NCBI GenBank assembly: GCA_051867635.1
Contig: JBJDYT010000006.1
Span: 25,293-89,292, forward strand
Length of the DNA: 64,000 nt
From: Oscillospiraceae bacterium
GTDB lineage: Bacteria; Bacillota; Clostridia; Oscillospirales; Oscillospiraceae
Direction of reading: 5' to 3'
Position 1 is the first letter of the stretch; the number at the start of each line of letters is the position of its first letter. Of the stretch, positions 37,300 to 46,449 are shown piece by piece. The notes under the pieces are model-generated. The model saw only the letters and a list, made by a program, of their open reading frames with translations, was not told where the DNA came from and ran no database searches. A program made the translations under genes and the position numbers.

Positions 37300-37553
37300 G
37301 CCGCGCCGCCGTGCTGGTGGTGCTGGGGCTCATCCTGGCGGCGGTGCTGCTGCGCATCTTCGCGAAGCCCCTGCACCTGGCGCTGAAGCTGCTGCTGAAC
37401 ACGCTGCTGGGCTTCCTGGCCCTGTTCCTCTTCAGCCTGCTGGAGCCGCTGCTGGGGGTAAGCCTGGGGCTGAACCTTTTCAACGCCGTGGTCATCGGCA
37501 TACTGGGCCTCCCGGGCTTTTTGCTGCTGCTGTTGCTGCAGTGGATCCTGTAG
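37290..37553 (+). CDS. bofA: Pro-sigmaK processing inhibitor BofA family protein
   Basis: 87 aa, 2-3 TM, with LKLLLNTLLGFLALFLF...GLNLFNAVVIGILGLPG. Confidence 0.85.
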   Translation: MGVSRAAVLVVLGLILAAVLLRIFAKPLHLALKLLLNTLLGFLALFLFSLLEPLLGVSLGLNLFNAVVIGILGLPGFLLLLLLQWIL

Positions 37554-37584
37554 CGCCCCCCGTTTTTTCCTACATAGCCCCGCC

Positions 37585-37620
37585 CGGCTGCCGTCCCTCC
37601 GCGGGCGGCGGCCGTTTTTT
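37585..37620 (+). terminator. Intrinsic terminator of yaaL-bofA
   Basis: 9-bp stem CGGCTGCCG/CGGCGGCCG (one GU pair) followed by T6. Confidence 0.7.
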
Positions 37621-37635
37621 CAGCCGCCGCGGCGC

Positions 37636-38361
37636 TCAGCGCTGCGGCGTCTCCGTGTCCCAGCCGTACAGCGGATAGCGGCGGATGGCCCCGAAGAGCT
37701 TCTTCCGCAGCCCCGGATAGTCCTTCTCCAGCGTCCGCAGCAGCTGCTTGACCTCCTCCCGGCGGGTGCCCCCGTCCGCGGGACAGGTGTTGCGCACCAC
37801 CGGCAGGCCCAGCCGCTCCGCCGCGCTGCGGACCTCCCGCTCCTCCACGTACAGCAGCGGGCGGATCTGGGTGATGTCCGTGCGGTCCAGGTACGTCACG
37901 GGCTGGAAGCAGCCGATGCGCCCCTCGAAAAAGAGGTTCATCAGCAGCGTCTCCACCGCGTCGTCAAAATGATGCCCCAGGGCGATCTTCCGTATGCCCT
38001 GCTCCCTCAGCGCCGTGTGCAGCGCCCCCCGGCGGAACTTGGCGCAGAGCGAGCAGGGGTTTTTCTCCTGCCGGGCCTGGAACACCACCTCGTACACCGG
38101 CGCCTGCACGCGAGTGTACGGCACCTCCAGCTGCTCGCACAGCGCCGCCACCGGGGAGAAATCCATGCCGGGGAAGCCCATCTCCAGCGTGATGGCGGAC
38201 AGCGTGAAGGGGACGGGATAGAACTCCCGCAGCCGCGCCAGGGCGGCCAGGGTCAGCAGCGAGTCCTTCCCCCCGCTGACGCCCACCGCCACGCGGTCCC
38301 CCGGCTCGATCATATGGTAGTCCTCCACGCAGCGGCGGACCAGGCCCAGAATATGCTGCAT
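37636..38361 (-). CDS. TtcA-family PP-loop ATPase (tRNA 2-thiocytidine biosynthesis-like)
   Basis: PP-loop VGVSGGKDS and CSLCAKFRRG. I placed the start at the ATG at 38361, after AAAGGAG. The ORF stays open to 38397. Confidence 0.85.
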   Translation of the reverse strand: MQHILGLVRRCVEDYHMIEPGDRVAVGVSGGKDSLLTLAALARLREFYPVPFTLSAITLEMGFPGMDFSPVAALCEQLEVPYTRVQAPVYEVVFQARQEKNPCSLCAKFRRGALHTALREQGIRKIALGHHFDDAVETLLMNLFFEGRIGCFQPVTYLDRTDITQIRPLLYVEEREVRSAAERLGLPVVRNTCPADGGTRREEVKQLLRTLEKDYPGLRKKLFGAIRRYPLYGWDTETPQR

Positions 38362-38476
38362 AGCGCGCTCCTTTCTCCCGGGAAGGCGAATTTTCATTTG
38401 CGTTTTCAGAAAAACGGAGCTACAGCGAGAAAACGGGAGATTTTCCGAGATGTTTCAGCCGTAAATCAAAACGAAG

Positions 38477-38507
38477 TTGACAAACGGGAACGCTCCGTGG
38501 TATAAAT
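38477..38507 (+). promoter_or_regulatory. Sigma-A promoter of rplM-rpsI
   Basis: TTGACA, 18 nt, then TG-extended TATAAA. Confidence 0.7.
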
Positions 38508-38587
38508 ATATTCGCTGTCCCGATTTTATCAAGGGACGCCTTCTTTGTAAAGCAAGACATTTTAAAATAAAAACGGAGGAATCAACC

Positions 38588-39019
38588 ATGTCCACTTTCA
38601 TGGCGAACAAGGCCAACATCGAGCGTAAGTGGTACGTCATCGACGCGGCGGGCAAGCCCCTCGGCAAGACCGCTGTCGCCGCCGCGGACCTGCTGCGCGG
38701 CAAGCTCAAGCCCACCTACACCCCCCATGCCGACTGCGGTGACAACGTGATCATCGTCAACGCCGGCAAGGCGGTGCTCACCGGCAAGAAGGGCGAGCAG
38801 AAGATCTACCGCACCCACTCCGGCTGGGTCGGCGGCCTGAAGGAGACCAAGTACCGCATCCTGATGCAGGAGCAGCCCGAGCTGGCCATGCGCGTGGCCG
38901 TCCGCGGCATGATGCCCCGCAACACCGTCACCAAGGACTCTCTGAAGCGTCTGCACATCTACGCCGGCGAGAACCACGAGCAGCAGGCCCAGAAGCCCGA
39001 GACCTGGGAAGTTAAGTAA
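38588..39019 (+). CDS. rplM: 50S ribosomal protein L13
   Basis: 143 aa with [15 protein letters not shown]. The ATG at 38588 follows GGAGGA. Confidence 0.97.
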   Translation: MSTFMANKANIERKWYVIDAAGKPLGKTAVAAADLLRGKLKPTYTPHADCGDNVIIVNAGKAVLTGKKGEQKIYRTHSGWVGGLKETKYRILMQEQPELAMRVAVRGMMPRNTVTKDSLKRLHIYAGENHEQQAQKPETWEVK

Positions 39020-39033
39020 GGAGGAAACGAAGA

Positions 39034-39438
39034 ATGTATCAGTCCAAGAAGCCCTATCTCTACGGCACCGGCCGCAGAAAGTCCTCCGTCGCCCGCGTCC
39101 GCCTGTTCCCCAACGGCACCGGCTCCATCACCATCAACGGCAAGGATATCGACGAGTATTTCGGCCTTGAGACTCTGAAGATGCTGGTCCGCCAGCCCTT
39201 CGGCGTCACCGGCACGGAAGGCAAGTTCGACGTGGTCGCCACCGTCTGCGGCGGCGGCGTGTCCGGCCAGGCCGGCGCCCTGCGCCACGGCATCTCCCGC
39301 GCCATGCTCCTCGCCGGCGAGGAATACCGTCCCCTGCTGAAGAAGGCCGGTTTCCTGACCCGCGACCCCAGAATGAAGGAGCGCAAGAAGTACGGTCTGA
39401 AGGCCGCCCGTCGTGCTCCCCAGTTCTCCAAGAGATAA
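39034..39438 (+). CDS. rpsI: 30S ribosomal protein S9
   Basis: 134 aa with [12 protein letters not shown] and a C-terminal [17 protein letters not shown]. Confidence 0.97.
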   Translation: MYQSKKPYLYGTGRRKSSVARVRLFPNGTGSITINGKDIDEYFGLETLKMLVRQPFGVTGTEGKFDVVATVCGGGVSGQAGALRHGISRAMLLAGEEYRPLLKKAGFLTRDPRMKERKKYGLKAARRAPQFSKR

Positions 39439-39457
39439 CCTCTCCCCTGCAAACGCA

Positions 39458-39490
39458 AAAGACGCCGTCTTCGGGGCGGCGTCTTTTTTT
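39458..39490 (+). terminator. Intrinsic terminator of rplM-rpsI
   Basis: Stem GACGCCG/CGGCGTC followed by T7. Confidence 0.85.
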
Positions 39491-39544
39491 GCGCCCTCAG
39501 CGGAACGGACGCGCTGTTCCGCCGGGAGGCATACAGGAAAACGC

Positions 39545-39577
39545 AAAAACGTCCGGCTCCGGGGCCGGACGTTTTTT
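39545..39577. terminator. Bidirectional terminator (serves the minus-strand SDR gene)
   Basis: Stem CGTCCGGC/GCCGGACG, flanked by A5 and T6. Confidence 0.75.
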
Positions 39578-39634
39578 GCCGTGTTCTCTTTTTGCGGGCC
39601 GGTTCCGCCCGTTTTCTGCGCGAAAAGCCGCTTC

Positions 39635-40381
39635 TCAGCTTCTGGCCAGGCCGTCCACCTGCAGCACCACGCCGCTGATATAGGACGCCTCCTCGGAGGC
39701 CAGGAAGACGAAGGCGTTGGCGATATCCTCCGGCTGGCCCAGACGGCGCAGGGGGATCTGGGCGATAAGGGGGGCGATGACCTCCTTGGGCACCGCCCGC
39801 ATCATATCCGTCGCCGTGATGCCGGGGGCCACCGCGTTGACGCGGATGCCCTTGGGGCCCAGCTCCCGGGCCAGGGAGAGCGTCAGGCCGTTCACCGCGA
39901 ACTTGGACGTGGGGTAGGCCACGCCGCTGGGCTGGCCGTAGACGCTGACCATGGAGGAGGTGTTGAGGATGACGCCCTTGCCCTGGGGGATCATGCAATC
40001 CGCGGCGGCCCGGGCGGCGTTGAACACTCCCCTGACATTCAGGTCCATGACCTTCTCAAAAGTCTCCTCGGTATAAGAGGCGAAGGGTGTGCTGTCGGAA
40101 ACGCCGGCGTTGCTCACCACGATATCCAGATGCCCGTACTTGCGCTGGACCTCCGTAAAGGCGGCACGGACCGCCTCCAGGCTGCCCAGGTCGGGCCAGA
40201 TGCCCTCCACCGGCGCGCCGGGAAAGGCCTCCTTCAGCTTGGCCACGGCCTTTTCCGCCGTCTCCTGGCGGCTGGCGGTCAAAACCACGGCGGCGCCCTC
40301 CCGCAGGAAAGCCTCCACCGTGGCAAAACCGATGCCGCGGCTGCCTCCCGTCACGACAGCGACCTGATCCTTCAATCTCAT
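39635..40381 (-). CDS. SDR family NAD(P)-dependent oxidoreductase
   Basis: 248 aa with TGGSRGIG, NAG and the catalytic YPTSK. I placed the start at the ATG at 40381 (MRLKDQVAVVTGG). Confidence 0.88.
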   Translation of the reverse strand: MRLKDQVAVVTGGSRGIGFATVEAFLREGAAVVLTASRQETAEKAVAKLKEAFPGAPVEGIWPDLGSLEAVRAAFTEVQRKYGHLDIVVSNAGVSDSTPFASYTEETFEKVMDLNVRGVFNAARAAADCMIPQGKGVILNTSSMVSVYGQPSGVAYPTSKFAVNGLTLSLARELGPKGIRVNAVAPGITATDMMRAVPKEVIAPLIAQIPLRRLGQPEDIANAFVFLASEEASYISGVVLQVDGLARS

Positions 40382-40498
40382 GTTGTTGTGCCCCCTTCCT
40401 GTTTGATTTCTTCCTACAGTATAAATGCCCGCTCCGCGCTTGTCCATACCAAAAATTAAAAATTTAACAAAGTTTTTTTCACCCCGCCGGGAAAGACG

Positions 40499-40533
40499 GG
40501 AAAAAACGGCGTCCGCCGTATGGCGGACGCCGT
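40499..40533 (-). terminator. Intrinsic terminator of the PHP-family gene
   Basis: 12-bp stem ACGGCGTCCGCC-ATAC-GGCGGACGCCGT. On the minus strand it is followed by T6. Confidence 0.85.
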
Positions 40534-40544
40534 CTGTGCGCTTT

Positions 40545-41348
40545 TCATGCGAGTCCCGGCAGGGAGGAAAGCCGCGGCAGGCCCAGCGCCTTCAGCTCCG
40601 CCGCCGCCCGGTCGTAGCGCGCATAGTCGATGAGGGCGTCGGGTTCGTGGGCGTCCATGCCGATGACGGCGGTGTTCCCCTCCTGAGCCGCCACCTCCCA
40701 GAACGCCCGGCAGGGATAGCCCAGGCCCGGGGCCGCGCCCCGCTCCTGCAGCCGCTGGCCCTGCAGGTTGTACTCCAGCGGGACGCCCAGCTCCCTGGCC
40801 CGCCGGCAGAGCCTGCGGCTGACTTCCCTGGCGGTGTCGTCAAAGGCGGGATAGGACATGAAGGCCAGATCCGGATGGGCCAGATAGGCGAACAGGCCCG
40901 TCTCCATGCCCAGGATGGTGTTTTCGCAGTAGCGCAGCAGCTCCTCCGGCCGGGTGGCGGAGCCGTAGTACATGCCCGTCTCGTCGGAGAGCTCGTGGTG
41001 GTTGCCCAAGATGAGGTAGTCCAGCCCCTGGCGCTCCTTCATCTCCCGCAGCCAATCGAGATAGGCCGGGAAGTACTCGCACTCAAAGCCGATGTAGATG
41101 CGGATACGGTCCTGATACTTCTCCCGCAGCCGCCGCAGGGACGCCAAATACCCCTCCAGCTCCGCCACACGCATCCGCACCCCTGGGTTTGCAAAGCCGC
41201 TTTCGTAGGGCCAGGGCACATGGTCCGAAAAGCCCAGCACCCGCCAGCCCGCCTCGATGGCGGCGCGGACATAGTCCTCGTCGGCGCCGGAGGCGTGGCC
41301 GCAGCGGGCCGTGTGGGTGTGATAGTTGGCGACTCTCTTTTCTTCCAT
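40545..41348 (-). CDS. Histidinol-phosphatase HisJ family / PHP domain protein
   Basis: 267 aa with NYHTHTARCGHA, GFSDH, GFECEY and MDAHEP. Confidence 0.82.
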   Translation of the reverse strand: MEEKRVANYHTHTARCGHASGADEDYVRAAIEAGWRVLGFSDHVPWPYESGFANPGVRMRVAELEGYLASLRRLREKYQDRIRIYIGFECEYFPAYLDWLREMKERQGLDYLILGNHHELSDETGMYYGSATRPEELLRYCENTILGMETGLFAYLAHPDLAFMSYPAFDDTAREVSRRLCRRARELGVPLEYNLQGQRLQERGAAPGLGYPCRAFWEVAAQEGNTAVIGMDAHEPDALIDYARYDRAAAELKALGLPRLSSLPGLA

Positions 41349-41418
41349 TCTCTGTTCCTTCCTGCTCGTTTTGCGGGGCGGGAGGCGCCGCAGCGCGCCT
41401 CCCGCCCCTTACGCTTAG

Positions 41419-41694
41419 TCAGTCCTGCTCCTCGTCGTTGAAGCGGCCCGGCATCCGGTTGAAATCGTCCTTGGTGATGGCCACGTCCTTCAGGCTCGTG
41501 GGCAGCCCCTGGGCGATCTGGGGATACGTGTTTTCCGTGTCCGACGTGCGCTGTATCTCATAGGTGCCGTACATGTTCACCAGGTCGAAGCAGCTTTCCG
41601 GCTGGCCGTAAAACGGCTCCACCGAAGGCGTTTCGCAGTAGGGCATGCCCTTGTCGTGCTTCTCCCCCGCATTGGTCTTGTTGTCCCGGCTCAC
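41419..41694 (-). CDS. Hypothetical small acidic protein
   Basis: 91 aa, with no TM segment and GC3-rich coding composition. I recognise no family. Confidence 0.45.
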   Translation of the reverse strand: MSRDNKTNAGEKHDKGMPYCETPSVEPFYGQPESCFDLVNMYGTYEIQRTSDTENTYPQIAQGLPTSLKDVAITKDDFNRMPGRFNDEEQD

Positions 41695-41748
41695 GCGTTT
41701 TTCACCTCCCGCGCGTAGTATGCGCAGGAATCGCGGCGAAATGCCTCC

Positions 41749-42672
41749 TCAGGCCAGGGCCGGCGGATAGGCGCCGCTTTCGTGCAGCGCTTTCAGCGCC
41801 GCCTGCACCAACGGCTTATCCTCCCGGTAGGTGACGCCGAACCAGCGGTCGGCGGAATGCAGCACCTCCACCGAAAGCTCGCCTGCCTGCAGCAGCCGGT
41901 CCACCATCACCGGCAGCAGGCACTCGCTCTTGACATCCTCCGGCGGCAGGGCGCGGAGAAACTCGTGGAAAAACGCCTCGATCTTTTCAAAGATCCAGGG
42001 GGTGAAGCACCAGAAATTCATGGAGACCACGCTCTCCCCCGGCACGGCGGGGCCGTCCTCGCCCTTCGAGGTGTCCCGAATGGCGCCGTCGGCGCAGAGC
42101 TTCAGCTTATAGGTCTCCACCACCGCCCGCAGCCGGTCCCCCTCCGTCTGGCAGACGCCCCGGGTCACGGTGCCGTTCTCGCTGACGGTGTTCTGCAAAA
42201 GATAGCCCACCATGGCGGCGTGACCCTCCGCCGGCATGCGCTGCAAAGCGCCGTAGGCCGCGGCGAAGGCGCTGCGGCCGTAATAGTCGTCCGCGTTGAT
42301 GACGATAAAGGGCTCCCGCACCGCCTCCCGGGCGGAGAGCAGCGCATGGCAGGTGCCGAAGGGCTTCGTCCGCTCCGGGGGAATGCGGTAAAAGCCGGGG
42401 ATGCTGTCGTAGGTCTGGTAGACATAGCGCACCTCCACCGCCTTGCCCTCCGCCGTGCGCAGACGGCTCAGCAGCGTCCCCACCATGCCCCGGACCAGGG
42501 ACTCGATCTCCGGCTTGATGATCAGCACCACCTTGTCAAAACCCGCGCGCACCGCGTCAAAGATGGAGTACTCCATCAGCATCTCGCTATGGGGGCCGAC
42601 GCCGTCCACCTGCTTGTCGCCGCCGTAGCGCGAGCCGATGCCCGCCGCCATGATGACCAGCGCAGCGTTCAA
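41749..42672 (-). CDS. Sugar-phosphate nucleotidyltransferase family protein
   Basis: The N-terminal motif is LVIMAAGIGSRYGGDKQ, with INADDYYG. I chose the TTG at 42672, 8 nt after AGGAGG. The ORF stays open to 42783, and an ATG at 42651 is an alternative. Confidence 0.75.
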   Translation of the reverse strand: MNAALVIMAAGIGSRYGGDKQVDGVGPHSEMLMEYSIFDAVRAGFDKVVLIIKPEIESLVRGMVGTLLSRLRTAEGKAVEVRYVYQTYDSIPGFYRIPPERTKPFGTCHALLSAREAVREPFIVINADDYYGRSAFAAAYGALQRMPAEGHAAMVGYLLQNTVSENGTVTRGVCQTEGDRLRAVVETYKLKLCADGAIRDTSKGEDGPAVPGESVVSMNFWCFTPWIFEKIEAFFHEFLRALPPEDVKSECLLPVMVDRLLQAGELSVEVLHSADRWFGVTYREDKPLVQAALKALHESGAYPPALA

Positions 42673-42776
42673 ACAAACCACCTCCTGTATATGGCCGCCG
42701 GCGGCCTTCCGCCGGCTTTTCTTCCGTCGTATCGTTTTCACTGTACTATATTTCCCCCGGCTTTGCAAGCGAGGGC

Positions 42777-42804
42777 TTGACAAATTAAGAATTGGGCCTA
42801 TAAT
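42777..42804 (+). promoter_or_regulatory. Consensus sigma-A promoter of the zur-znu operon
   Basis: TTGACA, 16 nt, TATAAT. Confidence 0.75.
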
Positions 42805-42806
42805 AC

Positions 42807-42825
42807 GAAAATGAATCTCATTTTC
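42807..42825 (+). promoter_or_regulatory. Candidate Zur/Fur-type operator
   Basis: Perfect 8-3-8 palindrome GAAAATGA-ATC-TCATTTTC, starting 3 nt after the -10 box. Confidence 0.6.
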
Positions 42826-42842
42826 AGTTTAGGAGGGAGACC

Positions 42843-43253
42843 ATGCCGGAAAGCAGGACCTACGCCACCCACCAGCACAAGGCCATCCTGGCTTGCATCG
42901 AGCAGAGCCGGCAGGGCTGCTTCACCGCGGCGGAGCTGGCGGAGCAGCTGCGGCAGAGCGGGGAAAAGGTGGGCCTCGCCACCATCTACCGCCAGCTGGA
43001 GAAGCTGGAGAAGACCGGGGTGGTGCAGCGCATCGACACGGACGAGGGGGCCTGCTGGCAGTGCTGCGAGCAGGCGGACCACGACTGCTTCCTGCTCAAG
43101 TGCGAGCGCTGCGGCCGCATCACCCATGTGGACTGCGCGCAGCTTGGCCCGCTGTACCGCCATGTGCGGCAGGAGCACCACTTCGCCGTCAATCCCCGCC
43201 GCACCATGCTTTACGGTCTTTGCGGCGACTGCCGGGAGGAACGCCATGCGTAA
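42843..43253 (+). CDS. zur: Fur family transcriptional repressor (probable Zur)
   Basis: 136 aa with the winged helix LATIYRQLEKLEKTGVV and Cys pairs CERCG / CGDC. It is the first gene of a zinc ABC operon. Confidence 0.8.
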   Translation: MPESRTYATHQHKAILACIEQSRQGCFTAAELAEQLRQSGEKVGLATIYRQLEKLEKTGVVQRIDTDEGACWQCCEQADHDCFLLKCERCGRITHVDCAQLGPLYRHVRQEHHFAVNPRRTMLYGLCGDCREERHA

Positions 43254-44235
43254 GCGTCTTGTTTCCCTGGCCCTGGCGCTGCTGCTGTGTCTCTCCCTGG
43301 CCGCCTGCGGCGGCGAGGCTCGGCAGGAGGACAGCGGCAAGCTGCAGATCGTGGCGACGCTCTTTCCCTATTACGACATGGCCCGGGCCATCGCCGGGGA
43401 CCGGGCGGAGGTGACGCTGCTGATCTCCGCCGGGCGGGAGAGCCACAGCTACGAGCCCACGCCCCTGGACGTCATCCGCATCGGCGAAGCCGACCTGTTC
43501 CTCTATAACGGCGGCACGGACGAGACCTGGGCCTCCGAGGTGCTGTCCTCCATGGACCACGGCAGAGCCATCGCCATGATGGAGCAGGTGGAGAAGCGGG
43601 AGGAGGAGCTGGCGGAGGGCATGCAGGCGGAGCGGGGCCATGACCACGACCATGAGGAAGGCGACGACCACGACCACGGAGACGAGGACGGCCACGCCCT
43701 GGAGATCGAGTACGACGAGCACATCTGGACCTCTCCCGTCAACGCCATGACCATCGCCGCGGTCATCGCGGAGGCTTTGACGGAGCTGGACGGCGCGGGG
43801 GCGGACTGTTACGCCGCGAACCTGGAAATCTACCTGGCGGAGCTGCAGGCGCTGGACGAAGCCTTCCGCGAGACGGTGGCCCAGGGCAGCCGGAATCTCA
43901 TCGTGCTGGGGGACCGCTTCCCGCTGCTCTACTTCTGCGAGGAGTACGGCCTCTCCTACCGGGCGGCCTTCCTGGGCTGCTCCACGGAGACGGAGCCCTC
44001 CGCCGCCACCATGGCCTATCTCATCGACCGGGTGCGGGAGGAGAAGATCCCCGTGGTATACTATCTTGAAAACAGCTCCGGCCGGGTGGCGGAGGCCATC
44101 GCCGAGGCCACCGGGGCCGAGCCCGTGGTCTTCTGCTCCTGCCAGAGCGTCACTCCGGAGGATTTCCGCGCCGGGGAGACGTACCTCTCCCTCATGTGGC
44201 GGAACGTGGAAGTGCTGCAGAAAGGACTTGCCTGA
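43246..44235 (+). CDS. znuA: Zinc ABC transporter substrate-binding lipoprotein (ZnuA/AdcA type)
   Basis: Lipobox LSLAACGG, SHSYEPTP, and a His/Asp/Glu-rich loop ERGHDHDHEEGDDHDHGDEDGH. Confidence 0.9.
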   Translation: MRKRLVSLALALLLCLSLAACGGEARQEDSGKLQIVATLFPYYDMARAIAGDRAEVTLLISAGRESHSYEPTPLDVIRIGEADLFLYNGGTDETWASEVLSSMDHGRAIAMMEQVEKREEELAEGMQAERGHDHDHEEGDDHDHGDEDGHALEIEYDEHIWTSPVNAMTIAAVIAEALTELDGAGADCYAANLEIYLAELQALDEAFRETVAQGSRNLIVLGDRFPLLYFCEEYGLSYRAAFLGCSTETEPSAATMAYLIDRVREEKIPVVYYLENSSGRVAEAIAEATGAEPVVFCSCQSVTPEDFRAGETYLSLMWRNVEVLQKGLA

Positions 44236-44954
44236 TGGATATGGAACCGAACGTACTGCTCTCCTGCCGGGATTTAAGTCTCGGCTATGAGCATCAGCCG
44301 CTGGTGGAGCATCTGACGCTGGACGTCTGCGCGGGGGACTACCTCTGCGTGGTGGGCGAAAACGGCAGCGGCAAATCCACCTTCTTAAAGAGCGTTCTGG
44401 GGCTCATCCGCCCCCTCTCCGGCGAGATCGTCCGCTCCCCCGCTCTCGCCGCCAGCGGCGTGGGCTACCTGCCCCAGCAGACCCAGTCCCAGCGGGACTT
44501 CCCCGCCACGGTGAAGGAAGTGGTGCTGTCAGGCTTCCTCAGCGCTCGGGGCTTGCGCTTCACCTACAGTCCCGCGGAGCTCTCCGCCGCCATGATGCAC
44601 ATGGGGAAGCTGGGCATCCTGGAGCTGCAAAACGCCTGCTACCGGGAGCTTTCCGGCGGGCAGCAGCAGCGGGTGCTGCTGGCCCGGGCCCTCTGCGCGG
44701 CGAGTAAGCTTTTGGTGCTGGACGAGCCGGTGACGGGCCTGGACCCCGCCGCGGCCCAGGACCTGTACAAGACGCTGCGCTATCTCAACGAAAAGGAGGG
44801 CATCGCCGTGCTCATGGTGACCCACGACCTGAAAAACGCCCTGAGCGAGGCCGGGCACATCCTGCACATCGGCCAGAAGCGCTGGTTTTACGGCACGGCG
44901 GAGGAGTTCCTCCGCTCGGAGGCGGGCCGCCGGTTCGGAGGTGAGCGGAGATGA
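44235..44954 (+). CDS. znuC: Zinc ABC transporter ATP-binding protein
   Basis: Walker A GENGSGKST, signature LSGGQQQR, Walker B LLVLDEP. The ATG overlaps the znuA stop (TGATG). Confidence 0.9.
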   Translation: MDMEPNVLLSCRDLSLGYEHQPLVEHLTLDVCAGDYLCVVGENGSGKSTFLKSVLGLIRPLSGEIVRSPALAASGVGYLPQQTQSQRDFPATVKEVVLSGFLSARGLRFTYSPAELSAAMMHMGKLGILELQNACYRELSGGQQQRVLLARALCAASKLLVLDEPVTGLDPAAAQDLYKTLRYLNEKEGIAVLMVTHDLKNALSEAGHILHIGQKRWFYGTAEEFLRSEAGRRFGGERR

Positions 44955-45766
44955 GCCAGCTTCTCACCATGTTCACCTATCCCTTCATCCTCCGGGCCTT
45001 CGCCGTGGGCATTCTGGTATCCCTCTGCGCGGCGCTGCTGGGGGTGCCGCTGGTGCTCAAGCGCTACTCCATGATCGGCGACGGCCTGTCCCACGTGTCC
45101 TTCGGCGCGCTGGCCATCGCGGCGGCGCTCGGCTGGGCGCCGCTGGCCTTCTCCATCCCCGTGGTGGTGGCCGTGGCCTTTTTGCTGCTGCGCATGACGG
45201 AGAAGAGCCGCGTCAGCGCCGACGCCGCCATCGCGGTGTTCTCCGCCTCGGCTCTCGCCATCGGCATTCTGGTGACCTCGCTGACCACGGGCATGACCAC
45301 GGACGTGGCGAGCTACATGTTCGGCAGCATCCTCGCCATGGACCGGGGCGACGTGATATTGAGCGTTGGGCTCTCCTGCGCGGTGCTGCTGCTGTTCCTT
45401 TTCTTCTATCACCGCATCTTCGCCATCACCTTTGACGAGAGCTTCTCCCGGGCCACGGGCATGCGGGTGGACCTGTATAACTCCCTCCTGGCCGTCCTCA
45501 CCGCCCTGACCATCGTGCTCGGCATGCGCATGATGGGCGCCATGCTCATCTCCTCCCTGGTCATCTTCCCCGCCCTGACGGCCATGCGCCTTTTTAAGAG
45601 CTTCCGCTCGGTCGTGATCTGCGCGGGGGCGCTGTCCGTGGTCTGCTTCTCCGCGGGGCTGACCGCGTCGTACCTGCTCTCCCTCCCCGTGGGCGCGGCG
45701 GTGGTGGTGTGCCACCTGGCGGCCTTTCTGCTGGCCTCCCTGCTGCAGCGGCTGCGGGGCCGGTGA
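44951..45766 (+). CDS. znuB: Zinc ABC transporter permease
   Basis: 271 aa, about 8 TM, ABC-3 family composition. It overlaps znuC by 4 nt. Confidence 0.9.
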   Translation: MSQLLTMFTYPFILRAFAVGILVSLCAALLGVPLVLKRYSMIGDGLSHVSFGALAIAAALGWAPLAFSIPVVVAVAFLLLRMTEKSRVSADAAIAVFSASALAIGILVTSLTTGMTTDVASYMFGSILAMDRGDVILSVGLSCAVLLLFLFFYHRIFAITFDESFSRATGMRVDLYNSLLAVLTALTIVLGMRMMGAMLISSLVIFPALTAMRLFKSFRSVVICAGALSVVCFSAGLTASYLLSLPVGAAVVVCHLAAFLLASLLQRLRGR

Positions 45767-45812
45767 AGGGGCGCGTTAGCCGGAAAAAACGCTTTTTCGG
45801 CAAAGAAAATGC

Positions 45813-45841
45813 TTGCAATCCGCATAGAACTGTGCTATTTT
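45813..45841 (+). promoter_or_regulatory. Sigma-A-like promoter upstream of rimP-nusA
   Basis: TTGCAA, 17 nt, then TG-extended TATTTT. Confidence 0.55.
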
Positions 45842-45868
45842 AGATAAAGTAAGTAAGACGTAAGCTTG

Positions 45869-45895
45869 AGAGTGGACCTTCGGTCCACTCTTTTT
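45869..45895 (+). terminator. Canonical intrinsic terminator in the rimP-nusA leader (also downstream of znuB)
   Basis: Stem GAGTGGACC-TTCG-GGTCCACTC followed by T5. It ends 36 nt before the rimP ATG. Confidence 0.85.
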
Positions 45896-45931
45896 CATGG
45901 TTTTTTCAAAGCCTTACCGGGAGGATAAGAG

Positions 45932-46387
45932 ATGAGCAAGATCACCGAGCTGGCAGCCGCTCTCGCGGCGGACGCCGTGGCGGAGCAGGGCTGCGAGCTT
46001 TGGGACGTGGAATACGTCCGGGAGGCCGGCACCTGGTACCTCCGCCTGTATATCGACAAAGAGGGCGGCGTGAACATCACCGACTGCGAGGCCATCAGCC
46101 GCAAGGTCAGCGACCTGCTGGACGAGGCGGACCCCATCCCCGCCAGTTACACCTTCGAGGTCTGCTCCGCCGGCATCGAGCGGCCGCTGAAGCGCCCCGG
46201 CGATTTTGAGCGTTTCATGGGCGCGGACATCCTGCTTAAGACCTATTCCCCGAAAGGCGGCCGCAAGGAGTTCCCCGGGGTCCTGCGGGGCTATGAGGAC
46301 GGCGCCGTGACGGTGGAGGTGGAGGGCGAGACGCTCCGCTTCGAAAAGCCGGAGATCGCCCTGGTCCGTCTCCGGGCGGACATCTGA
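45932..46387 (+). CDS. rimP: Ribosome maturation factor RimP
   Basis: 151 aa with WDVEYVREAGTWYLRLYID and EVCSAGIERPLK. Confidence 0.93.
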   Translation: MSKITELAAALAADAVAEQGCELWDVEYVREAGTWYLRLYIDKEGGVNITDCEAISRKVSDLLDEADPIPASYTFEVCSAGIERPLKRPGDFERFMGADILLKTYSPKGGRKEFPGVLRGYEDGAVTVEVEGETLRFEKPEIALVRLRADI

Positions 46388-46449
46388 GACGGCGGACAGA
46401 GACAGAACAGTTTTATTTTCATATCAGTTTCATAAAGGAGACAGACCCC

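Noticed and set aside
43636-43697. Repetitive GACCAC/GACGAC stretch, considered as a tandem repeat or CRISPR-like signal.
   Set aside because: It is in frame within znuA and encodes the His/Asp-rich metal-binding loop typical of ZnuA/AdcA proteins.
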